From Magnetospirillum sp. 15-1 (GTDB lineage: Bacteria; Pseudomonadota; Alphaproteobacteria; Rhodospirillales; Magnetospirillaceae): DNA of 32,000 bases. Location: contig NZ_FXXN01000027.1 of NCBI RefSeq assembly GCF_900184795.1, positions 501,336-533,335 of the forward strand, written 5' to 3'. Position 1 is the stretch's first letter; every line of letters begins with the position of its first letter. The notes under the pieces are model-generated. The model was given only the letters and a program-made list of their open reading frames with translations. It was not told the DNA's origin and made no database searches. This document shows, in pieces, positions 19,950 to 28,468 of the stretch. A program made the translations under genes and the position numbers.

Positions 19950-20246
19950 ATGAACACCACCACCGCGACCATCACTGTCTTAACCATCAGCCCGGTCCCC
20001 AATGCAGGTAAGCTGCTGGCGCTGGCCGACGCAGCCATCGTTCTCGATGGCGTTGAGATCGTGATTCATGGGATTCAGGTGCGGGCCGACGGTAGCGGCA
20101 CCGAGGTATCGTTGCCGAAATATCGCGCCCCGGACGGATCATGGAAAACCGCTGTATCACTCCCCGATGAGGTTCGGGGACCACTCGGTGACGTGGTGAT
20201 GGCTGCCGGAATCGAAGCCGGGATTCTGAAACAGCGAGAATCCTGA
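19950..20246 (+). CDS. SpoVG-family-like small nucleic-acid-binding protein
   Basis: ORF 19893..20246 trimmed to the ATG at 19950. By eye, GKLLALADAAIVLDGVEIVIHGIQVRADGSGTEVSLPKYRAPDGSWKTAVSLPDEVRGPLGDVVMAA aligns with B. subtilis SpoVG ([47 protein letters not shown]). Confidence 0.6.
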   Translation: MNTTTATITVLTISPVPNAGKLLALADAAIVLDGVEIVIHGIQVRADGSGTEVSLPKYRAPDGSWKTAVSLPDEVRGPLGDVVMAAGIEAGILKQRES

Positions 20247-20960
20247 TTACGGGCAGCCGGTGAAAAAATGTCCCTGCCTTTGCTCATCAGTCAGAACAGG
20301 CGGCTTCCCATCTGGCGTACAGCCCGGTAACTCGGAGCGCGTTTCAGATACCCAATTCGGATCAGACGGATACTTACGCATGAGCTTGTTAATCCGCTCA
20401 ATCCCATAGTCTGCAATCTCTTTGCAGAACGCAACATCAGCCCCATCATTCATTGCATACCGCAGATCACGGTTTGCTACTTCGGCGCATTCCTGGATAG
20501 AACGAGATTCTGACATAACAACACCACGCGGGATATATTGCCCAACATCAATACTATGATCTTGGAGCCACTTCATGCTGGTTTCAGCAATACGATTGGC
20601 TTTTTCCCGGATTTTCCAGCACGCTTCACCACGTTCATGCAGATTCTTGCCGGTGGCATCCTTATTCATCACCCGGTCCCGTTCACGACGCCAAAATTCG
20701 GGGTTATCGATTTCCTTGTAGGTCAGTGGAGGAGGCAGATTGCCAGCTTGATCTGGATGACCTTGCCCGCCCCCGATCCCAAGGCGACGGGCATAGGGCG
20801 GCGGCGGATCATCAGGGCGCTCCTGAAAATATTCACTTTTATACTGAGGCGGGTTTTGTTGGGCTGAGCAGGGGGGGACGACGAGCGCCATCACGGCCAC
20901 CACCGGGATCGTAAACGCAAAGCTACAGCTTGCGAACCGCTGCTCGAAGCATCTCATCAT
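20247..20960 (-). CDS. secreted hypothetical protein (signal peptide, Pro-rich N-region, several Cys)
   Basis: The N-terminus MMRCFEQRFASCSFAFTIPVVAVMALVVPPCSA-QQ looks like a Sec signal peptide. Its 5' end overlaps the 3' end of the recombinase gene by 38 nt. Its stop abuts the SpoVG-like stop with no spacer. Confidence 0.5.
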   Translation of the reverse strand: MMRCFEQRFASCSFAFTIPVVAVMALVVPPCSAQQNPPQYKSEYFQERPDDPPPPYARRLGIGGGQGHPDQAGNLPPPLTYKEIDNPEFWRRERDRVMNKDATGKNLHERGEACWKIREKANRIAETSMKWLQDHSIDVGQYIPRGVVMSESRSIQECAEVANRDLRYAMNDGADVAFCKEIADYGIERINKLMRKYPSDPNWVSETRSELPGCTPDGKPPVLTDEQRQGHFFTGCP

Positions 20961-21510
20961 TCACCTCAATGTACCGCTGGGTGGTGGAGAGATTTCGGTG
21001 CCCCGCCAGGGTCATGATGACCTTGGCGCTGACGCCAGAATGGGCCAACCGGGTGATGAACCACCGCCGACCCGAATGGCTGCTGGCCCCATCGATTCCG
21101 GCCTCACGGTAGATGGAACCAAACAACTGGCACAGCGAGTTTGGGGTGAATGGGCCGCCGCGCTGGGTGGGCAGCAGGGGTGAGGATGCGTCTCGCCGGG
21201 TACCGTCCAACCCCGCGACATAGGCTTCCAATTCAGGACGCAATTTGGCCCCCACGAAGATCGAACGAGCTTCGCCGGACTTGGTGGTGGAGGCCCGCAA
21301 CAGGATGCGTTCCTTCACGTCATTGCGGGCACCCACGACGTCGCCCACGGTCAGAGCCGCGATTTCCCCAACCCGCAATCCACCATAGAAGCTCAGCATC
21401 AGAGCCACCCGGTTCCGAGCCGCATGCTTCATGTCCGAGATCGTGGCAAGGACGCGCCGGAACTCCCTGTCCGTCAGCACTTTGGCCTGCTTCATTCCCA
21501 CCCCCGTCAT
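20923..21510 (-). CDS. short tyrosine recombinase (catalytic domain only, ~195 aa)
   Basis: ORF 20923..21732 trimmed to the ATG at 21510; 21495 is also possible. Catalytic signatures are GLRVGE (Arg), HSGRRWF (H-x-x-R) and LAGHRNLSTTQRYI (His, Tyr). No N-terminal core-binding domain is present. The region upstream of 21510 is AT-rich and not protein-like. Confidence 0.75.
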   Translation of the reverse strand: MTGVGMKQAKVLTDREFRRVLATISDMKHAARNRVALMLSFYGGLRVGEIAALTVGDVVGARNDVKERILLRASTTKSGEARSIFVGAKLRPELEAYVAGLDGTRRDASSPLLPTQRGGPFTPNSLCQLFGSIYREAGIDGASSHSGRRWFITRLAHSGVSAKVIMTLAGHRNLSTTQRYIEVNDEMLRAAVRKL

Positions 21511-21830
21511 GATGGCCGCTCCCAAGCGAACCCGATCACCGTGAGGCTGCCAGAATACCGAAGAAAATGCACCGAAGATGATATCAGCTAGAAAGTTATG
21601 GCGCAAGTTGCGCAAGGAAAAAATCATCATATCCGGGATTGAAGGCTGCGCGTTGGCAAGTGACAACATAACTGCGCCATTCTGCAAAAATGTTAACATG
21701 GTCAATGCATTGGAATGTGACGAAATTAACATAAAAGGTGCAGGATGTGCGGTCGCCGATATCCTGCGTCCAGGATGATTACTGTGTGTTTTCCATCTCT
21801 TAATCAGGAATCCAAGCAGGGGGCTTGATC

Positions 21831-22238
21831 ATGAAAAACTCCATAGCTCTCGCAGTCATCGCGAGCCTTGTTACAACAATAACGGGCGCTTCATCAGTTT
21901 TTGCCGAGGGCGGCCCCAAGGTTGAAATCGTATCATTGACATGTACGTTTGATGTTGGATTTGAATCCGTCCGGGGAGAAATTAAGAATTTAACGGATAA
22001 GCCAATTTCTGGCGTTGGATTTGACGCAAAGTTTAAAACTGAAAGCGGCGTTGTTGTCAGCGTGTCTCCATACATTGTCGCCACGTACAACCCGATTCTT
22101 CCGGGCCAGATCAGTTCTTTTCACGGAGACCCGAAGGGCAATCCGGCAATAGCAACTGTCGAGGTAACCCCAAATAATTCTGACGGGACTCTTTCATTCA
22201 TAGGAAAAAACAAGGCTGAGTGCCGTCCGTCGCATTAG
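21831..22238 (+). CDS. small secreted protein (signal peptide plus a probable beta-sandwich, FxLYD-like impression)
   Basis: ATG at 21831; the track start at 21825 is TTG. The signal peptide is MKNSIALAVIASLVTTITGASSVFA-EG. The mature part is about 110 aa. Confidence 0.55.
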   Translation: MKNSIALAVIASLVTTITGASSVFAEGGPKVEIVSLTCTFDVGFESVRGEIKNLTDKPISGVGFDAKFKTESGVVVSVSPYIVATYNPILPGQISSFHGDPKGNPAIATVEVTPNNSDGTLSFIGKNKAECRPSH

Positions 22239-22487
22239 GTATTCTGGATGTGCCATGCTGCATGCCCATCCCTGATCAGGTAATGTCTGAAACTCAGACA
22301 TTACCCGGACGATAAGTTTGTCACTTTTCAACGGGCTATCGGCCACTCCGCCGCCCTGAATCCGGGCGGCGCTGATGGTGTCGGCCAAGTTATCCTTCGG
22401 ATAGGATTGTCCCACTTTGGTGGGCACCACAGTGGCGTCACCAGGATGGATAAATACCACCACATCCATCCATCCGAGGTGCTTCAT
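22194..22487 (-). CDS. hypothetical protein (doubtful)
   Basis: This is a track ORF only. It has no SD and overlaps the neighbouring gene's 3' end by 45 nt. Confidence 0.2.
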   Translation of the reverse strand: MKHLGWMDVVVFIHPGDATVVPTKVGQSYPKDNLADTISAARIQGGGVADSPLKSDKLIVRVMSEFQTLPDQGWACSMAHPEYLMRRTALSLVFSYE

Positions 22488-22677
22488 GCGTTTTCACGAT
22501 CTTGATCCAATTTCACCGAAGGACGCGGTGTCGGTGCCGCCGCCTTCCGTCACCGATACCATTCTGGAATTACGGCAGGCGGTAATGGCATTGCGATCAG
22601 CCTTCAAAACTATCGAGCGACTGCTCAGATATGAATCCGTGATTGTCCAGAACGATACAGAGCGCATGAGCATTTGA
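22486..22677 (+). CDS. hypothetical small protein (63 aa)
   Basis: This is the internal ATG of ORF 22417..22677, preceded by GAGGTG 5 nt upstream. The sequence is MRFHDLDPISPKDAVSVPPPSVTDTILELRQAVMALRSAFKTIERLL..., with a helical C-terminal half. Confidence 0.35.
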   Translation: MRFHDLDPISPKDAVSVPPPSVTDTILELRQAVMALRSAFKTIERLLRYESVIVQNDTERMSI

Positions 22678-23486
22678 GTTGGCACGATATAATTCAGATA
22701 TAATTGGCAGCGATACCGCACTAACACACGAACATGCGCACAGATATACTGTATATGTACGTAATTATTTATATTTTATTGTATGAAACATAAAAATTGC
22801 CGTTTCGGCGGCGTCGTTGTTATTATTTTATAAATACAAATGATGTGGTGGGTTTGTGAACTGTTCCATGTCAATCCGTGAAAGTGGATTTGTTGAGTTC
22901 ACAGCAAGTCGGAGGGTTGATGGCGTTTGGGTCGCCCGAACCGATAAAGCAAAATAAGGTGATAGGCTGTTTAATTTCACTTAGCCTGTGATGGCAAAAA
23001 CAATAGCGAAGCGTCGTGTTTCTGGACGTTGTTAATAAACAGAATGGTCTGCGGGAGAACTTCATCCAATGAGAATTGGAGCTTCCGATCCCCCGAAGAG
23101 TTTTTATCGACTTGAGGGAAAACTTAGGCAAAAGCAAACGGTAAGAGGTATTGGCATCCATTGCCATAGTGTGGAACCGGGACTGAGATTGGCACTCAGG
23201 GTTATCTTTTCAAGAGATGACAGATCAAAGGCACCTAAGCTATACGTGGACTTAATAGGTAAACCGGAGCTTGTCAGAAACCGATATTGGCAAGTTGCAA
23301 GGCCTAAATCTTAAGGATTGGATCATTTGATTCTTAAGATTAAATATGGTCTTACCGGGCAAGCGGAAGGAGTAGTATTGCCTACTGAGATAGCATTGCG
23401 CTCAATGCGTTGAATGCTCTGCCGAGAGTTAATTAAATTAAAAGATAATAAATACCACTGCGACAGCAGCAGCGTGGAGGTGGTTA

Positions 23487-23798
23487 ATGTTGGGCCTGAT
23501 AGACATATACGAGCAGGTGAAGGGGCTTGGAATCGTAAACAGTGGACGAGAGTTTGGCGCATTGATGAACAAAAGTCAAAGCTACCTATCATCATCAATT
23601 TCGCGGAAACGTAGCCCTTCAATCGAAGCACTTTTATCTCTGACCAAGAGCATCGATCAAATCATTGTCACCACCAAGGATGAGGCATCGCGATGCCGCA
23701 ATCGAAATCAGATAGAAGAATATGAGGGCGGCATCGACACACTTGAAAAACTTAAATGTGATGCATGGGATGAAATATGGCGGCGAGTGTCTTTGTAA
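23487..23798 (+). CDS. hypothetical protein, possible HTH-like segment
   Basis: A strong SD (GGAGGTG) lies 5 nt before the ATG. The segment FGALMNKSQSYLSSSISRKRSPSIEALLSL resembles Xre-type HTH phrasing, but the resemblance is weak. Confidence 0.55.
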   Translation: MLGLIDIYEQVKGLGIVNSGREFGALMNKSQSYLSSSISRKRSPSIEALLSLTKSIDQIIVTTKDEASRCRNRNQIEEYEGGIDTLEKLKCDAWDEIWRRVSL

Positions 23799-23873
23799 AA
23801 TAATTTACACCAATGTATTGACTCTCTACTATTGTGGCTACATTGTTGCTTCAGCATTGGCATGGAGGGCAAT

Positions 23874-24320
23874 ATGTCCGTACTTAATTTCAAGTTCTCT
23901 GACGCCAAGCGCCCGCTTGTTTCGGAGACCCGCCGTAAGACCGGGCGCGAGGTCGTATTGGACGGCATTCAGCACCAGTTGGCGCTGCTCAAGGACAGCA
24001 CCTACAAGATCGAACGCACGAAATATGTTCGCTCGGAATCCGGGGAAAGTCTGCGTCAGACCATTACGGCCCCGCCCCGGCCCTGGTGGTGGCAGGCTTC
24101 GGACGGTGTGTTCTTGGTCCAGATTCGCTACGGTCACAGCGTGGTGCTGGAATTGGAGGAGGGTAAACCGACTATTATCGGTACCAAGGACATCAAATCA
24201 GTGTCCGAGATTCTGACCCAGGTGGCCGATGCGGTGAAGGCGGGCAAGCTGGACAAGCAGATCGAAATGGCCCGCGAAAAGGCCAAACGCAACCGGCAGC
24301 AGGCCGATCAAGCCGCGTAA
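23874..24320 (+). CDS. hypothetical protein (148 aa)
   Basis: ORF 23832..24320 trimmed to the ATG at 23874, after GGAGGG. No motif is recognised. Confidence 0.55.
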   Translation: MSVLNFKFSDAKRPLVSETRRKTGREVVLDGIQHQLALLKDSTYKIERTKYVRSESGESLRQTITAPPRPWWWQASDGVFLVQIRYGHSVVLELEEGKPTIIGTKDIKSVSEILTQVADAVKAGKLDKQIEMAREKAKRNRQQADQAA

Positions 24321-24356
24321 CGCATTCTCTGGGATGGCGAGATGACGTACTTACCT

Positions 24357-25628
24357 TCACTCTGCGTCATCATCACCGCCATCCCCATCGCCGATTTCCA
24401 TGTAGTTATCGGCCAGCCATGCAATCACGAGATCAATGTAGGTTTCGTCATCTGCCTCGGGGTAGTCGGATAGCTTCCGGTCGCCAACACGGCGCAGGAG
24501 GATGCCGTTACTCCACCCCATATCCGGCAAGATGAAGGGATATTGCTCCTCAATCGCGATGCGTTCGGGATTCCGTCTGCGGACTCTCCGCTTCAGAAGG
24601 TCTTCATCAAAGCCCCGGCGTAGATACCGCTTCAGCCGATCTTTGAGGCTGATCCCGGTAACGTCCTCACTATCACCACCATCGTCATCGCCCAAGCTGG
24701 CAACGGCATCCTCGGTACTGGCCGTCAACTCGGTGAAGGTCGTGTCAGTGCCAAACCGAGCCTGCACATCCTTGTCGTCCAGGATGCGTTTGACCAATCG
24801 CCAAGACCGTGCCGAATAGGGTGCCATCTTGGGCCTGGGATCATGCGGTAAGGAGTTGGCCTTCTTCCATTCGTCTTCAATGGACGACAAAGAGAGGGTC
24901 CGAAGTTGGTCACGAGCGTTGTCCTCGAAAAGTTCCTTCCCGTAAAGCCAATGGCAGACGCGGGCGTACCGGCGGAGCTTGTCCTTGACGGTTCGTTTCT
25001 TATACGCGGTGTTCATCCGTCGCCCCGCATCGGCGAAGGCATAATCAACCGCCCAGGTGAACTCCGGTATTTGCGTGTCGTTCTTGGGGCGACGGACCTT
25101 CGCCATTCTGGCTCGATGCTCGAAGGTATTCCGGTCAAACAGCGCCAGCAGAACGATCTTGTACACGGACATAATCCGGTCGATTGAATCGGCATCGCTA
25201 TCGCCAGAAATGGCAATGGTGGGGATGATGTAGGTTGCCGCATGGTCCAGCGCGGTCCCCCACTCGATCTCAGGGTCAACAGGCTTGTGGCGCGGTTCGT
25301 CCTCCTCGAATGTCTCGTGCGAGACATTTTCGGGTTCGGGTTCGGGTTCGGGTTCTGGGGCCGGTTCGGGTACGGGTTCGGGGGGCGGTGCGGTGTCAGG
25401 CTCTGGTTCCGATACCTGCGTCTGTTGGTCGGCCTGAGCCGCCACAAACTTGTCCCATTGCTGCTTGTCCCAATCCAGGACGCAATAGGTCTTGATGTTG
25501 CGAGTGTCCGCTTTGGTTAGGCTCCGCACATCCACTGTGCCTGCCTTGATTCGCAGCAGCAGTTCGGTGGTGTCTTCGTCCTCAACATCCTTGGCTCGGT
25601 GGATGAGCGTATCGATAACGGGTCTCAT
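24357..25628 (-). CDS. hypothetical protein with an (E/P)-rich linker and an acidic C-terminus
   Basis: 423 aa. The start ATG overlaps the upstream stop (ATGA at 25625-25628). The linker is EPEPDTAPPPEPVPEPAPEPEPEPEPEN and the C-terminus is GDGDGGDDDAE. Confidence 0.6.
   Translation of the reverse strand: MRPVIDTLIHRAKDVEDEDTTELLLRIKAGTVDVRSLTKADTRNIKTYCVLDWDKQQWDKFVAAQADQQTQVSEPEPDTAPPPEPVPEPAPEPEPEPEPENVSHETFEEDEPRHKPVDPEIEWGTALDHAATYIIPTIAISGDSDADSIDRIMSVYKIVLLALFDRNTFEHRARMAKVRRPKNDTQIPEFTWAVDYAFADAGRRMNTAYKKRTVKDKLRRYARVCHWLYGKELFEDNARDQLRTLSLSSIEDEWKKANSLPHDPRPKMAPYSARSWRLVKRILDDKDVQARFGTDTTFTELTASTEDAVASLGDDDGGDSEDVTGISLKDRLKRYLRRGFDEDLLKRRVRRRNPERIAIEEQYPFILPDMGWSNGILLRRVGDRKLSDYPEADDETYIDLVIAWLADNYMEIGDGDGGDDDAE
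25332..25355. repeat. perfect 4x GGGTTC hexamer tandem repeat, degenerate copies to ~25405, inside a CDS
   Basis: It reads gggttcgggttcgggttcgggttc and then decays (tggggccggttcgggtacgggttcgggg...). On the minus strand it encodes the (EP)n linker. Confidence 0.9.
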
Positions 25629-25834
25629 CGTTTGCCCCCATTTGTCATGTTGACCTCATCCAACGTCGCGACCAATTGATCAGCGATACGCTGAAGCGGA
25701 TTCGGCAGTCGCCGTCCGCGATCCACCGTGTTGAGGATGTTCACCATCTTGAATCTCGTTGCTCCCTTTAAGCCGGGTGCAGCGATGATCTTGGAGATGG
25801 CGATGCGTAGTTTTTCGATTTTTTCAGCTTTCAT
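25625..25834 (-). CDS. hypothetical small protein (69 aa)
   Basis: ORF 25625..25879 trimmed to the ATG at 25834 (MKAEKIEKLRIAISKI...). It overlaps the upstream gene by 11 nt and the downstream gene by 4 nt. Confidence 0.5.
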   Translation of the reverse strand: MKAEKIEKLRIAISKIIAAPGLKGATRFKMVNILNTVDRGRRLPNPLQRIADQLVATLDEVNMTNGGKR

Positions 25835-26912
25835 GGCTGTTTTCCTTCGGGTTGAGTTTCGGTGGTGGGGGCAGCGCATCCCATGTTGCCGCCAGGATCA
25901 CCTGCCGAGCTTCAGGTGCCGGATGTTTGATGTAGCCATCCAATACCTCGGCCAATGTCGCGCTCTCGTGGTCGCCAAGGCCGACCGCATTGCACCAAGA
26001 CTCCACCCCGTATCGGCAAGCGCCCACGGCATAGGCATCCTGTTTGGTAACGGTTCGATCCGGGCATGCTGCGACCCGCTTACGGAGGGCCTTTACGCGA
26101 GCGCCATGCTTGTCCCGAGGAGTTTGTTTGGCGATCCTGGCTTTCCTCGCCACGCCGGTAATGGCAGCCGCCATCGTGTCTGCGTGGTAGTATTGGCCGT
26201 CATGTGCGGCGATGAAGCCATCGACGGCCCTGACCGAGAAGCCACGACCTTGGAAGATCCATTTGGCCTGCCAGACCGTCACATCATCGCGTGGCGTATC
26301 CATGGGCGAAGCATCCAGGGTCATCATCCCGTCGCACACCTTCAATTCGGCAGGTACACGGATGCGCCAGTTTTCGGGGGCACTGATGACGGTATGTGTG
26401 CTGGTTCCGATCCATTGGCCTGAGCGGTGGTTGGTCTGGTATTGCGACACACCGACCAACGTTGGACTGGTCACCAATTCCACCTGCTCCGATCCCCACC
26501 GGCGCGAGGTCGCATAGGTGCGTAGATAGGTTCTCAGGACAATATTTCGTCGGATATCACGCAGGCGCTCTTGTACCGTGCCCTCAAACAGAACGAGGCG
26601 GCTTGTCCGGTTATGATTGTTTGATCGGCAAGGCATACGCCCGAAGCGCCGAACCAGACGATTCCTCTCTGCATTTTTCCGGGCTTCAACAAGTTCCCTC
26701 CAGGCTGCCTCCACGTCGGCAAGTAGGGAAAGTTTTAATCCACGTTCACGCAGCGCCTCCTTGATCGCCTTCTTTGTCGGCGGGCTACCACCGGGAAGTG
26801 TCACTGCGATCCTAAAGGCATCCGTGACTACCCGGACTTTCTTCGGCAACTGCGTACTCAGCGGCACAGATGGACTGGTGTCCATGGTCGCGGTCGAGAT
26901 CATTGTGTTCAT
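25824..26912 (-). CDS. hypothetical protein (~362 aa)
   Basis: ORF 25824..26936 has a GTG start. I prefer the ATG at 26912, downstream of GGAGG (26924-26928). No motif is recognised. Confidence 0.6.
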   Translation of the reverse strand: MNTMISTATMDTSPSVPLSTQLPKKVRVVTDAFRIAVTLPGGSPPTKKAIKEALRERGLKLSLLADVEAAWRELVEARKNAERNRLVRRFGRMPCRSNNHNRTSRLVLFEGTVQERLRDIRRNIVLRTYLRTYATSRRWGSEQVELVTSPTLVGVSQYQTNHRSGQWIGTSTHTVISAPENWRIRVPAELKVCDGMMTLDASPMDTPRDDVTVWQAKWIFQGRGFSVRAVDGFIAAHDGQYYHADTMAAAITGVARKARIAKQTPRDKHGARVKALRKRVAACPDRTVTKQDAYAVGACRYGVESWCNAVGLGDHESATLAEVLDGYIKHPAPEARQVILAATWDALPPPPKLNPKENSHES

Positions 26913-26991
26913 CGCGAACAAGCCTCCTCTGTTCACGCCGAGGCGGGATTGCCGCGACGTGTTGAAATCGGATTTTTGGTTGAGTTGTCGG

Positions 26992-27414
26992 CTAGGCCGT
27001 GTGCGCCCGATGCGCCTCGGTCAGCACAGTAACGGCCTGGGCGATGGTCATCCGCCCACTCCAAAGATTGGGGGCAATCTGGTGAAGTGCGGGCGAGCAG
27101 CCCTTACTCACCAGCATGCACAACGCCGCATGAAGATAAGGATTCAGTTGGCTGACCTGGATCGCCCAGGAAACCTTCGCGTATTCCTTTTGCCCGGCCC
27201 TCGTCATTGCGTAAGCAATATCAGCCGCAGCGGCGTCAAAGCCGGTGTTGATGACACACCCGTGCTCCCACATGGGAAAGCGCATGCGACTGGCAAACTT
27301 GATAAACTCGGGTACCAGATCGGCAACTTCCTCGTCATCGACGGTAAAAACCGAACCATCCCCGAAGGTGATGTCGATGCGCTCAGGATGATGCTTAATC
27401 TTCCACGCTCCCAT
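26992..27414 (-). CDS. hypothetical protein (140 aa)
   Basis: A strong SD (GAGGAGG) lies about 6 nt before the ATG at 27414. It is the first gene of the minus-strand ORFan operon. Confidence 0.6.
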   Translation of the reverse strand: MGAWKIKHHPERIDITFGDGSVFTVDDEEVADLVPEFIKFASRMRFPMWEHGCVINTGFDAAAADIAYAMTRAGQKEYAKVSWAIQVSQLNPYLHAALCMLVSKGCSPALHQIAPNLWSGRMTIAQAVTVLTEAHRAHTA

Positions 27415-27492
27415 GGCTGCCTCCTCTAACTCATTGATGCTGCATTCAAATCAGCGTCAACAGAGCTTAAGGCCCAGAGCGGATTTCGCGAG

Positions 27493-28416
27493 GTGGCACA
27501 CACTAATTCGATGCTGACATATCTGAGTCAGGCGGAAACTCTGGGAATTCTGGCCGCGAACAATGGTAAAGTTGTTCTCACGGTGGAGGCTGGATGGATG
27601 TTGGCTAAACCCTGTGCGGTGTTCCTTTGGACTCACAAAGGGCTGGGCCGAGAACGCATAACAAGCGACACCCCATTAGAGGTTGCGCTCGCCGAATCGA
27701 AGACAATGCGCGTGCAGTATGAAGCTGCACAGAGGTATGCACTGTCTAATGGATTAAAAATCGATAAGCCTTTCATGTTCGAGGAGACAGGGCACCTCCC
27801 AACAGATAGGGCTTTCCCAACAATGAGGAGGGCAATTTCTTGGTGCAAGGCTAACAGTGCCACACTGATAATTCATGCATTAAGGAGCTATCCAGGGAGG
27901 GGGTTTACATCAATTAACATGGGTATATTTATGAAACATTTTGAACGTAACAATCCAGATGTAAGGATCGTCTGGATTAACCCAAGTCCAGAAGAGGAGG
28001 GATTGCGAGAGCATTTTGATGAGTGCAGGAGAGCCGAAAAGCTCAGGAGAAAAAACAGGCGAATATCCATAAAACTAAGAAGATTGGTTGCCGATGATAA
28101 GTTTATTCCATATCTAGCATTAGGCGGGCATGATCAAAGTGAAGCGAGAGAGCGAGGGCGGGCCACTCAATCGGAATCAGCCCGATTAAAGGCCCTGCAT
28201 ATACTTCAGGAGCTATCTTTAATTCTAAGATCGCCCTCTTTAGCGGATTATAGCGATATAGCAGTATCATTGAATATTATTATGCAGAGCGATGAGCGAG
28301 TTAGCCCTCCAAGGGCTAAAAGGTGGACCGAGGCCGGGCTGCGACGGTACCTAAAATATCATAAGAATTTATGGGGGTTAGTGGGGTTTTCTCCCCCACA
28401 AAGTCCGTTCAAGTAG
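27493..28416 (+). CDS. hypothetical protein; weak resemblance to recombinase-family proteins
   Basis: 307 aa with low GC. The track start is GTG; the ATG at 27511 is an alternative. The C-terminal PRAKRWTEAGLRRYL resembles the RG..W....V..IL phrase of resolvase-family proteins. No convincing catalytic Ser context is present (TMRVQY instead of Y-x-RVS). Confidence 0.45.
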   Translation: MAHTNSMLTYLSQAETLGILAANNGKVVLTVEAGWMLAKPCAVFLWTHKGLGRERITSDTPLEVALAESKTMRVQYEAAQRYALSNGLKIDKPFMFEETGHLPTDRAFPTMRRAISWCKANSATLIIHALRSYPGRGFTSINMGIFMKHFERNNPDVRIVWINPSPEEEGLREHFDECRRAEKLRRKNRRISIKLRRLVADDKFIPYLALGGHDQSEARERGRATQSESARLKALHILQELSLILRSPSLADYSDIAVSLNIIMQSDERVSPPRAKRWTEAGLRRYLKYHKNLWGLVGFSPPQSPFK

Positions 28417-28468
28417 GGCACGTCCTCGGCACTACCATTATCAGCGGACTTTATTGCCCCATTTGGGT

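Noticed and set aside
12511-21510. Phase-variable type I R-M (hsdS shuffling by the nearby tyrosine recombinase)
   Set aside because: Only one hsdS gene is present. I saw no silent hsdS fragments or inverted repeats within hsdS, and the recombinase lies beyond hsdR and two unrelated genes.
22485-22488. CATG in which a minus-strand ATG (22487) and a plus-strand ATG (22486) overlap, suggesting a divergent overlapping gene pair
   Set aside because: Only the plus-strand ORF has an SD (GAGGTG). The minus-strand ORF is weakly supported, so the arrangement is probably coincidental.
22747-22763. tactgtatatgtacgta resembles a gamma-proteobacterial LexA SOS box (CTGT-N8-ACAG)
   Set aside because: Only the left half matches; after CTGT-N8 comes GTAA, not ACAG. 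Alphaproteobacterial LexA boxes have a different form (GTTC-N7-GTTC). It is most likely chance similarity in AT-rich DNA.
25320-25405. Short tandem repeats considered as a possible CRISPR or mini-array
   Set aside because: The 6-nt unit has no spacers and lies in frame inside a CDS, encoding the (EP)n linker. No CRISPR-like repeat-spacer architecture exists anywhere in the window.
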